From NCBI GenBank assembly GCA_964035545.1, contig OZ037765.1:9744698-9808697 (forward strand): a stretch of DNA of 64,000 nt. The letters run 5' to 3'. The stretch comes from Bugula neritina (Eukaryota; Animalia; Bryozoa). Position 1 is the stretch's first letter; every line of letters begins with the position of its first letter. The translations under genes and the position numbers were made by a program. This document shows positions 46,753 to 58,978 of the stretch, piece after piece. The notes below the pieces were generated by a model. That model searched no databases. It saw only the letters and a program-made list of their open reading frames with translations, and was not told the DNA's origin.

Positions 46753-49700
46753 ATGCTTGTAATCAACATGAACAGGATTTGCATCACTTTGTTAGCAGCA
46801 TGCTGGCTCTCAGGTAAGCAGTGGTCAGGATTATCAGTGAAAGAGTTGTTGAATCATTTGTACTAATTATTTCACAGTGTGATTTAGGTTAGGGATTACT
46901 ACCATTACATTACGGACGGATTGGTCTAGGTTATACATACTTGTCTATGTCAAAATGAAAAATAGTTATGCTAGCTATTAAAATAGTAACGGCCATGACA
47001 TGATTTCTAGCCAACAGTGAATGTTTTTCATTTGTTTCATTACCATCATTTTTGATCTAGTAAAACATATTTTATAAGAAATGTCTATCTTCTACTTTAG
47101 CTGTGGGCTTTGGATTGATAGTTTCAGTTTGTGATATGTAACACATGCAGTTTTATATACAACACAGGTATTGGGATATCTAGAGCACAATCTACAACTA
47201 TTCAACAGGAATCTGGTAGCACACCGACCACACTTTCCTTAAAAAATGGGACCGAGGGATCCACAACTGCTAAAGCAAATTTGACAGAAACAACAGATTT
47301 TTCATCTAGCCTCAAGAGCACAGCAGTCACCATAGGTATACAGAACACAACGGATCCCACACAGAACACACCAGGTACCGCATTAAACACAACAGACACC
47401 ACACAAATTCCAACAGGCACCACACAGAACACAACAGGTACCACATTAAACACAACAAACACCACGCAAATTCTAACGGGCATCACACAGAACACAACAG
47501 GTACCACACTAAACACAACAGACACCACACAAATTCCAACAAGCACCACACAGAACACGGCAGACACTGCCCAGAACATAACAGATACCACACAGATTCC
47601 AACAAGCACCACGCATAACACAACAGGCACTACACAGAGCACAACGGAAACCACTCAGAACACCACAAGCATCCCACAGATTCCAACAAGCACCCCACAG
47701 AACACAACAAGCACTTCACAAAATGCAATAAATACCACACAGAACATAACAAGTACCACACAGATTCCAACAAGCACCACGAAAAACTCAACTGGTACCA
47801 CACAGAACACCACAAGCACCACACAGATTCCTACAGGCACTACACAGAACACCACAGGCACTACACAGAACACAACAAGCACCACACAGAACACAACAGA
47901 CACCACACAAAACACAACAGATACTACACAGAACATAACAAGTACCATACAAAGTACAACAAGCACCACACAAAACACAACTGATGCCACCCAGAACATA
48001 CCAGATACCACACAGAACACAACCAGTACCCCACAAAACACAAACGCCACACAAATTCCAACAGGCACCATGCAGAGCACAACAGATACTACACAGAACG
48101 AAACATACACTACACTGAACACTACAGACACCACCCATGAGATAACGGAACCCACAGCTACTCAGAATGCAACCAAAAGCACAACCCCGTCTGTTACCAG
48201 CCAGATAACAGTTCAAACTGCGGCAAGTACTAAAGCTACTACTAATTCAACACCAGGAATCACTTCTAATACAAGAGCAAGCACAACAGCAACACCATCT
48301 CCCAAAACTACTAGTTCATCGACGTCTTCCACAACTTTGGATAACAAATCAGATGTTCCACCTAATGGTAGCCAAAATGGTATGTCCTATGCATGCAGTA
48401 TAACCTAACAAACTAGATTAGCCATGAGTCATTATTTCTATTCTTTTATCATAATGATATTTTTGTTGCATCATTTCTGCTCAAAATGGCTAATGCTGCT
48501 AGCAGTTGCTTGATTTGTTTTATTTGGCAGAAAAATCTTGTAGCAGCTTAATTCTAAATACTCACAGAGTCTCACAGTTACCATAAATATACTAATTATT
48601 TAAGAAATTCTAGTAAGCACTGTAACCTAACTATTTAATAGAATAAAAGAGCTTGTGTAGGTTACTTGAAATGTATTAGTATAGGCTCAGTACACTTACT
48701 TTGGAGAGATAAGCTTGACTGCTATTTATCTTGGTATGTTCACCACTTTACCTTATAGAATAGCTATACAGATATAAAATGGGGAGTTATTGTTAAAAAT
48801 TGAGTAATTTTGCCAGGTTGGTTTACTTGAAAATGACCACTTAGTTGTTCTGTTGTTAAAGCTGGCCATATATGGTTATTTTTTCAGTGAATTGGATTTT
48901 TATTTTTGCTATTAGTCAACTATCTTTAATAATATTTATCACAGTTGTGATCAAAGTTAGAGCTTCTATGATCATGAGTCCAATTCACCTGCATCTGTCT
49001 AAAAGTAATGAATTTACCTAAAACTGAATTTAAAAATATTCTTACTAGCCATTTGTATTTCAGATAAAGACAAGCAGAATTCCAAAGGTGTGGTCATTGG
49101 AACAGTCATTGGAGTGATACTGGCTGTCATAGTAGTTATAATAGGAGTGATTATTGTGGTACGGAGAACAGGGTAGGTTGATAAAGATGTATATTTTCAT
49201 TAAAACTTTTTAGATATGATCACTTAGAAGTTTGAGGTTACCAGTTGATGAATTTATAATGTGCAGTTTATTTTTATAATAGTTGAACCTATCAAACATT
49301 TACTAAAAGTACAGAACACTTTCCATGTTTGAACTACCAACTGATAAATATGATTTATAACGACACCATTAAGCCGCCAAGAAGGTTTTATAATTGATGC
49401 TTTTTTACTATAGTAGTCCAACTAATCAACTGCTAACAGTACAAAACCAATACTACACGCTTGAATTATTAAATAATAAGTAATAAACATGACATATCTA
49501 GGGGCCTGCTATATCTGCAAGTCATTTGTGAGGCACTTTTAAGCAAATTTAATTCATTAAAACTTTTTTGAATTCAACAGTGTCTTGTAAATTACCTTAT
49601 TTTCAGCAAGCATCAAGTAAATAAGATGACTAGAATTATCATTCAAAAATAAAGTACTGGTTTGAAATATACTTATATCTGTTGCAATATAGAAGAATCT

Positions 49701-50113
49701 GTTATGCTCAATTAGATTAAATCATAGGGGCAATTATGATGAAGTGAGGATATTGCTTTGTTATAAGGCTTAACAATTACAACTTTAGCCAAAATAAAAT
49801 TGTTTCCAATTGTATAACAATTTAGATATAATTATTTTTGAATGAGTTTTTAATTTGGTTCCTCTACACAACTACAATTACTTAATTGGTTTTGATAATT
49901 ATCAACACGAGATATTTGAGACATAATCAGACAAAATGTTGCTATTACTTTAGGATCATGAAAAGAAGACAAGGCTATGGGATGTTTGAAAATTTGGGTA
50001 CAGATGACAGTGATGGTGATTGGACTTTCAACAACCCATCCTATGGAGAAAATAGTAACTCCTCCCTTTTCAGATCTAACAAAGATGGCTATAAGCATTC
50101 CAAGTCATACTAA
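46753..50113 (+). CDS. Thr-rich mucin-like type I transmembrane glycoprotein
   Basis: Exons 46753-46813 (signal peptide), 47168-48379 (TTQNTTx/TTQIPTx 7-aa repeats), 49064-49172 (TM VVIGTVIGVILAVIVVIIGVIIVV-RR), 49954-50113 (cytoplasmic tail with YGMF and FNNPSY). All junctions are in frame. Confidence 0.88.
47335..48135 (+). repeat. 21-bp coding tandem repeat (mucin stalk)
   Basis: ACCACACAGAACACAACA-type units encoding TTQNTT/TTQIPT. Confidence 0.9.
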
Positions 50114-50322
50114 TATTTTATTATAACTGAGTTTTATCATTTTTATGATATATGTATTGTATTATAATGTATTAAACAGAGAATGTCTTTGTATATGTGT
50201 TATATATGTATGGGAAAAATAATAAATTATGATGAGCATAATTGAACAGCTTATAACTTTTGTGCACAACAAAATACGGTTGAGTTGAAAGGAGTTTGTT
50301 CACTAGATATTATATAATTAAA

Positions 50323-52494
50323 TTAGAAAAATCTTGTGATGAGCAGAGAAATGAAAGTGAGGAAATTGAAGATTTGGAATGTTTCTGCGCTATTAATATA
50401 GCCTTTGGGGCTGTAATTGGTATCATACAAAGTCAGGGTTCTGTTTCCAAGAAGTTGAACTTTTCTGAAATAGTCTACTCCATAGCTGTGATCATCTTGA
50501 GTTCTTATTATTTCCATCTAAAGTTACAGAGTCTTTTGCTTAACACAATTAAAGCTACTCAACTAGAAGAAATTTTGAGAGAATAAATACAGTATATTTG
50601 TAAGTATGGATGTTTGGTAGTCATAGTTGTTTACCTGCTCAGCAGAAATGCCTATGGGTTCAGTGAAAACAGTCCATAATACAATTTCTTGACACCCGGG
50701 AGTTGTCAGTCCACCAAAGTACCGATAATAACTGCTTTTTATAGCTGATGATACAAAATCCGTAACTTTAACTTTCACTCCAGATTCTATATGATAAGGT
50801 AGTAAATACACATGCTGGATTTCTATGCAATACGCAAAAGAACTGCTGAAAGCGTGATACATGCATAGCTATACTAACTTGATTATATTATATTGCAGAG
50901 GGAAATGCACATGACAATTTAATGGCATAGCAGCTAAAAATAACAGTTTATAAAAATATTGAAAATTCAGGTATGTTTGATATACTTTTCAGTGTTAATC
51001 TACTGTTCAAAAAGTGTGCACCAATTTTTTTCAACATGGACCTACCCCTATTGTGAGTCTTTTTTCTTACAGCTTTTACCGCTTCAATTAGGTCATCCAA
51101 ATCAGGGTTGTCTTCTTCCTGAATCTAAAACAAATAAATTGACCAAAAGTAAAATAACATTCCTAAGCAAGAAATAATGAATGATTTTGATATTATGTTC
51201 CTACAAATTTACCGATATTTGTCTGTAAAAGTTGTTGTATTATACTACAGTATGAAATCTGAATTTCGTATAATTGTTCATTAGAGATTTTGACAATCAA
51301 GTTGAAAGCATTATCATATATTATACACATATGAACTATGCAAAACCTAAACACTCCTTGTGTTACTGATTCGCTCTTGGTTAATTTACATTATTTTCTA
51401 AGTAATATAAATATAAAAACAAATTCATGTTATAATTGACGAATTTATCTACAAACCTCAAAGAAAAATCCAAAAGCTGCAAATGCATCTTGCTTAGATG
51501 AAGAAAGGGCCTCCTTAACTGTGTTGAATTCAGAATTTTTCTGCACAAAATGAAGCTGTAAGTATAATAACAAAAAATTTGCAAATACAAAAATTGGAAT
51601 TATTTCTATCATTGATAAATTTTAAAGTGCAGTGCGATATTTAGGGATGTTCCCACCTCCATGGGATAGGGTTTTCCATCAATAAGATGCTCACTGCCTT
51701 TTCTGTTGTTGGATCCCCAGTGCAGGTGGAATTGCACCACCTCATATTTTGACCCTAATGCCCCTCCTTCAGTTGTCATAGTTCCATCATTTTCTAGACT
51801 AAACTTTACTAAGTAATAAAACGTATAAAATAGTATTACATATAGCAATATATTACATAATAAATTAATGCATTATATTATTATATTGTTTAGACCAATA
51901 CTCCAATAGGTAATTTATGATAATTTTTCTTTGCATCTTCCACAGAAACATTTGGTTTAAGGTGAGACAACTCCAATTTAATGTGATATAATTTACTTAC
52001 CTGTGTAGTGATTGTTGAGTACTGTCCAGTTGTTGGCTTTGTCCCAGTTAGTCAAGTCCCATTTCACTGCCTCCTTACCATGCAGTTCACTTTTTTTTGT
52101 CGGCAAATCAATTGGTGAATTTTTCTTTCCTCCGCAGCTTTTGTAATGTATATGCCATGAGTCCGGTCCTACTTAATGACTTCAAATGGTAGCACAAAAT
52201 AATGTTGTAGTGCTTTGCATTATAATGATTAAGCCAAAAGTAGAAGATGTTATAATTTAAACATGTGTATGCACTATAAAGAATATGAATGTTATAATGT
52301 TGTGAATACTTCGTATAAAATTCTCCAACATAAAAACTATTTTGTATAATATATTAAATTCATAATTATACTAACCTTTACTTTCGTCACCAATCACATA
52401 GTTCCAAGCTAAAAGAGAATTAAAACATATTACTGGACTAAAATATAACTTTAAATTAAGATCAAGTTCTTTTAATTTTTTCGAATCAGTAAAG

Positions 52495-52559
<65 letters not shown>

Positions 52560-54590
52560 GCTATTAATATTTCAGGACAAAAAAAACAATCCTAAATACA
52601 ACATGCTACACATGCTTCATGTTTTATAATTTTTATATTTTTTCAATAGTGATGAAGCAAATTACTAAGCTAAAAGCTACTATGTTTTGTGAATGTTTAA
52701 TTAAATAATTACTAATTAAGCTAAATAGCTTAAGGCTGCAGTAATATATATGTGTGCATGTGCATGTGTACGTGCGTGTGTGTGTGTGTGTTGGTTGAAT
52801 ACGATTCGTTTAAACAAGTTAGTATGAAATATAAGTATCTTTTTATAACTAGAAACTTCAATACTACAAAGTAATAGGTTGCACAAGCTTACTTCAATTT
52901 TTGATGCTTGTTTTTAAATTTAACTAAAATTCATACTTATAGTGTGCAACCTAATACAAATACAGCTGGCAACAACTCTTATATGTCAACACACAGGTCG
53001 AACTTTGATAACTATGATGGCACTCATTTCTCTAAAAAAATGCTCAGGTTGTAGAATGCAATTTTTGAACTGTAAGGAATTTAACCACCATATGAAGCAG
53101 TATGTAAGTAAAAAAGAGTAACAATGTAAACATAATTTCTGAGCAACCTGAAACAAGTTATCACAGAAAATCTAAATCACTTATGTGTACTCAAGTCGTT
53201 AAAAATGGGCAAGAGACTCCTGACAAAAACAGTTGAAAATGGAATACCAAAATTAGTTGCATCTTGCAACATTTTTAGTCATCATGACAACAATATCATT
53301 GGAGAACCAATCTTGAACAAGAGCAATTGCCAAACCTCCAGCTCTACAATGGCACCTAAATAAAACCATTGAAGATCTCTTGGCAGACAAACATTATAAA
53401 TGTTATGGTTTATCTAGATTATAGACAGCATGAGTTTGCTTTCTCTTAAGGTATACCTGAAGCTAGGTCTCATATCAGTCAACAAAGAATGTTTAAATTA
53501 CATCATACACCCATTGAGTCACCAAAGTATCAATTAACTACCTGAAGAGCACAAAGGTGTATTAGAAGGTGTTGTTTGCCTACCAGGGAAACATCATATC
53601 AAAGTAAAACCCACCATTATCCCCGACCAGTGTTATAACCGGAAAGTAGCCCTATCTATAGGAGAAGATCTCAAGTTCAAAACATTAACTGGAAATCAGA
53701 TTATAATCAAAGGGGGTTATCATCGACGAACAACACCTTGGCTAAAAGAAAGCCTAACAGCAAACTGAAAGTTTGCATCGACTCTGCAAACCAATCACAA
53801 GGAATTACTTTCTTAGGCCAACCATAGGAGATGTCTTACCGGAACTAAGTGGAGCTAAAGTATTTTTCCTATGGGGTGCAAAAAATGGGTTTCGACATGT
53901 TTAAATAAAGTAACAATCAAAGAAACTGAATGAAAGCTGCCCACTACCGCTAATAAACTAAGAACCATGACGAAATCCCCAGATACAGACATTACCAGTT
54001 GACAGCCGTTGAATAATATTACTAAGTTAGTAAGGGAAAACTTTCAGATCAATGCAAGTCCTTTTTGGTGGATTAGATTTGACTTGGCTAATTCACTTGT
54101 CTTACAGTCATTAAATAAAATTAAGTTCTATGGAAGGGGCCAATCAGCTAGCTAGTAATTTTGTTTTTTTGACTCTCCAGGATAACTAAATAAAATTAGA
54201 TGCTGGTGTTTGCATTTCATGCAACCAATCAAGTGTAACTGTTTCAACAGTGTGCTTTTTATGGCATTTGTATTAGTAATCCTTAAGTTAATGTCTTCTT
54301 GGCCCAATATAAGGTTTGTTATATTCTACTCTTCTTGTTTTTTATTTGTTCTAACAATCATTATTTTACTTTATGTATTCACATGTCTTTTTGTTATCAT
54401 TTAATACATTATCTGGCTTAGAGAGCGAGATGAAATTTAAATTACATTAAAGAGTTATCCTATCAACTAATTCTGTGTATTTACTCACCAAAACTCACAA
54501 ACATAGAAACTCACCATGAGAGTCATCGTCGGCAATGCACAGGGTAGTGGTTAATGTTACTAGAATAAATAGGAGAAAGTTCTGTTGCAT
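50323..54590 (-). CDS. Alpha-carbonic anhydrase, signal peptide plus predicted GPI anchor (CA-A)
   Basis: Exons 54590-54515, 52408-52376, 52168-52001, 51808-51657, 51555-51457, 51124-51046, 50786-50635, 50517-50323. Motifs WNY, GPDSW, SPID, QFHLHWG, GSEH, ELHFV (three Zn-His intact), [11 protein letters not shown] plus a hydrophobic C-terminus. Confidence 0.92.
52500..52556. repeat. (TA)n microsatellite
   Basis: Perfect dinucleotide run. Confidence 0.97.
53350..53905 (+). mobile_element. Decayed Gypsy pol fragment (Mag/K02A2.6-like) in CA-A intron 1
   Basis: Broken frames read [49 protein letters not shown] and [21 protein letters not shown], typical of the protease-RT junction and RT start. 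Boundaries are approximate. Confidence 0.7.
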
Positions 54591-57103
54591 TGTTTAGGAC
54601 CAATGGTAACAGGCGGATGACTGCCTTAGTACGCTTTCTCTCCTAGACTAAATATCACCAACTACAAATTGTAGGTTGAAATATATTGCAGGGTGGGCTG
54701 TCCCTTCCTGACCCCCAGGGTCGGTATAAAACGAGACACAGACCTGCCCAGCACATCTGATTTTACCACAGATCTGCCATATCATCTCTTGTAAATTCTG
54801 CCCACAACTGAGATAAACTTCAATATTAATTTTCTTTTTTTTAAATTTTGCTTACTGCTTGCTTGTCTGTTATAATAAATGCAATAATTCCGATAATATT
54901 TAGCATTTTTAAACTTATTTTTATAATACTTGAAATGCTGCCAATAAGCTATAGGTGATGAGCTATTTCATTTAGTGTTTTTAAAGTTAAAGCAGTATAA
55001 AGTAGAAATAACAACTATAGTAGCTTATTATATTAATGCTCATTTGTTAAAAATAATTTAAAGTAAACTTTACATTTTTACTAACAAACCATGCATAAAT
55101 ATGTAAACCTGCAAAAATGAAACAAGAAACTTTTCATTTTCAAAGCTATTCCAGTTATAAATGATGGTAATGGCCACAATACCTTGTTTTTACTTATGAC
55201 ATTTTATGGGGCTTCAGTACTGTCTTTATTTCAAACCTGTCACTATTTAATCAATAATTTTACATGCACTTTTGAACGAAATGTGATATTACAGTAGGGT
55301 TACAATTGAATTTATTGGCCCCAAGAAAACATGGTGGAATACCTCTTAGGTTAGACCACTGCATGTAAGTCCAACAACTGATGAAAAATATTTTTTCATG
55401 ATTTTAAATAGTGTAAGCAAATATATTTTATGTTAGTCCATGATAGCATTAGTAAAAGCAGTTTTACTATTGTGAATTATGAATATTAATTTGACTTTGT
55501 GCAGTTTCAAAAATTATAATTGCAATAAACTCTTTGCTTGCCAATAAAAATATACTAAGTTTTTGCTTCAGAAATTTTAGTTGACTGAAAATCAAAAAAA
55601 AACTTATTTTATAGTTTATTCCTTCAATTATTTATAAAAAAAGTTGTAAACGAAAAGGCATTTTAAACTGAAATTCAAATTACTGTATATTCTCAAGTTT
55701 TGTCTCAGAATTAAAGAAGAAACATAGTCATGAATTAATTGCATGTCCAAGAAATCTTTCAGAGCAAAAAGACATTTTTTCTTCATATTGTTTCTATGCT
55801 CAAATAGTTACTAAATTTAACAAACCAATACTTGTAATGCTTAGCTGTGATTTTACACATTCATATTCTCATAACATTAACCTAGAAATTGCACTATTAG
55901 AAATTTAATAGAATTCACAAGACTAAAGATATTGCAACCATATTCACTAGTATAATAAAAGTGATGTTTATACTAGCGATAAATATTTTCATTTTTTATG
56001 TTGATTCTAATTAGCAGTGTAATGTAACATGGTGAGAAGTTCATTTAGTATTGAAGCATATTATATAACAGTAGAGACTTTCACAAGCTGCGACCTAACA
56101 AATATGATAGCATAAATGCTTGAAGCATGCTAATCTAATAGCTCTAAAAACAACAGTCAACCTAATATTATGCATTTCCCTATTTGACCATTCAAAGTAC
56201 AGCAATTAGAACCTGCAGATAGTAGATTGCTGATCATTATCTGTCACCATAGGCTCTCTAAACTATATATATATAATAATGCTAATATGCAGTTGTCGTG
56301 GCTCAAGTATTTTCTAGAAGATAAGAACTTTCTGGTACATGTTGAGCTGACAAATAAAGTATAATTTTCAGAAAGTGCAGCAGTACATTACTGAAATGTT
56401 TTAAATAAAGGCAGTTACTTACACATTAAGTTTAGCAACTTAGTAATTGACGATTTTCTCTTTTAGATTAGTATATGAATATTTAGGGTAAATATATCAC
56501 ATTTTGAATAATAATGTTACATGACATTTAGTAAAAGGCATGATTTATGCTCAGATATTCAAAGAGTAAGGGTTTGTATCGTCGTTCTTTATTAAAAAAA
56601 GTTGACACAAACTTTGAAAAATACACTCGCTTTTTTGAAGCAGTTCTTATTTTCACAATGTATTTTAAAGCTTAAAACTACATGGAATTACATATTTCTA
56701 CGTTTTCTATATAATGTCTACTAAGTAAGGGCTTCTTAAATAATATATTATATAAGCTATAATGTAGTAAAAGACATCTCAGAAAAGTAAGATGTATAAC
56801 CAAATGCTAAATTAATCAATCAATTATAGTTTATATAATTAACCAAATAGCATTTTAAATGTCTTTTCTTTAAGCTGGAGAGAAGGAGGAACCAAATCAG
56901 CCTATTTGTGACACTTTTCTTTACACATGCTGCAGATTGCCAAAAATAAAATATTTTAAGCCTGGAGATTTCGAACTAAATATAGACACCACCTGATCGA
57001 AAAACTGCAAATAACTTTTATGCAGTTACAATAATATGTTACTTAATTTCACTGCATATTCTTATTGCCGGTTTTCAATAACTTTTAATTGTTGGAATTA
57101 AGA

Positions 57104-57300
57104 AGCGGTGGTCTAGGGGTTAGAGCAGTTGTTTAGTAAACATGAAGTCATGGGTTCCAGCCTGGACAAAGGCCATTGGTGACATTAGGAAGAGCATCCA
57201 GTCATAATTGCTCCTGTGCCTCATTTAAATAAGTCTTTAGCGCGCTTTAACAAAAAACCTTTATACCAGGGGCTGCTCACAGGAATAGCGACTATAAACT
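57104..57300 (+). mobile_element. tRNA-derived SINE
   Basis: A-box GGTGGTCTAGGGG, B-box GGGTTCCAGCC, followed by the core-like motif AGGAAGAGCATCCAGTCATAA. The 3' end is uncertain. Confidence 0.6.
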
Positions 57301-57699
57301 TGCGTGAGTTTTTTTCCAATTGTTAGAAGAAATAGCTCTCAGTATCTTTCTATACATTTTCATTAATAAAACTAGCTTTTTCTCAGCTATATGGTTGTTT
57401 CATATAATTATGGTAGTAAAGCATGACAACTATGGCAGCCAACAAAGTTCCGAAATGCTATGGCGACCTTCAACCTCCTTTAAGTCATTCCAAGCAAGCC
57501 AACGCAGTTTGGTCTTCAAACTGCTTGGCAAAAAGCATTTTACCAGTTGTAACCTCTAATTACTCTACTAGTAGCTAAATAACTGCCATCACACACATCA
57601 TTATAACAAATATTAGCAGTATAACAGTAGGTAATAATAGTAATAACAAGGTAGATGAATAATAATTGGGCGCAAAAGTTTTGATATGCATCTTCTGAA

Positions 57700-57985
57700 T
57701 CAGACTACGTGACTCCATGCAAGTAAAATTCAACATGGCTGCCAGAAGTTCAATCGTGTTTCCTCTCATCTCTCTCTCTCTCCCACTTTGCATGAGACTA
57801 GCTAGAACAAACTGCACTGTTGCAGCCCTCCTAGCTGATCTATTGGCTGTACTGCAGCCACATCAGGGTGGTCTTCCTCAGCAACTCCGTGTTCTCCATT
57901 GACCACAGAATGTGCTTCGACAGGGTCGCTCGGTGCTAACCGCACCAGACCGTCTGCCAGCTAAAGTTTCACATATGGGCTGGCT
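57700..57985 (-). mobile_element. Possible decayed LINE 3' fragment
   Basis: GC-richer island whose broken frames resemble a LINE ORF2 end (RLAPSDP..HIL..GRP..WL). Weak. Confidence 0.3.
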
Positions 57986-58577
57986 GGCAAAAAGGTCTTC
58001 TTATAGTGTAAAATTGTTTTGTTAGAGTAGTTGAACCTACAAATAGTAAAGTACATAGCAAATATTCTTTGCTTGAACTACAAGGTACTAAAATATGAGA
58101 TAGAAATGGAGGATATAAATATAGCCATCTGCTATAAGTCATTGATAATATGGTATTGTTAGACATATTTGCTTCACTATAACGGTTTTTCTAAATTCTA
58201 CAGTGTCTTATAAATTATGTACGCTTCATTTTCACCAAGTACTCAAGATGACTAGAAACATTATCTGAAAATAAAGTATACTGATTTGAATACAAGCTGT
58301 ATGTTGCAATATATAGAAAATTTGTTGAGTTCAATTAAACTAAAACATGTAATGGGCAATTATGGTGGAGCAAAAGTATTTTTATCCTGTTACAGAGTTT
58401 AACCTAGTTACAACTGTGGCCAACAAATTTATTATTTTAAATTATATAACAATTAGGATGCGATCATTTTTAAATGCGCTTTTAATTTGTTTTCTCCGCA
58501 GTTACGTAATTGGTTTTGATAATTATCAACACGAGATATTTAAGACATAATCAGATAAAATGTTGCTATTACTTTAG

Positions 58578-58737
58578 GATCATGAAAAGAAGACAAGGCT
58601 ATGGGATGTTTGAAAATTTGGGTACAGATGACAGTGATAGTGATTGGACTTTTAACAACCCATCCTATGGAGAAAATAGCAACTCCTCCCTTTTCAGATC
58701 TAACAAAAATGGCTATAAGCACTCAAAATTATATTAA
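58578..58737 (+). other. Orphan duplicate of the mucin terminal coding exon
   Basis: Intact TTTAG acceptor, open frame and same stop as 49954-50113. No second TM or stalk exon found upstream. Confidence 0.85.
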
Positions 58738-58978
58738 TACTTTATTATAACTGAATTTTATAACTTTTGGGATCTATATATTATGTTATAATATGTATTA
58801 AACAGAGAAAATAAGTGTATATGTGTTATGTATGGCAAAAAGGTAATATATTATGAGTGAGCATGATTGAAACAGCTTATAACTTTCGTGCAAAACAAAA
58901 AATAGTTGTGTAATTGAAGATGAAAAAGTTTTCAAAAAAGAGACAATCTATTTGTTCACCTGATAAAACATAATTAAA

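Noticed and set aside
47202-48216. Val/Cys-rich minus-strand ORFs
   Set aside because: Antisense shadows of the Thr-rich mucin repeat.
57575-57817. ORF with a hydrophobic C-terminus as the missing TM exon of a second mucin
   Set aside because: Wrong strand and no similarity to the 49064-49172 exon.
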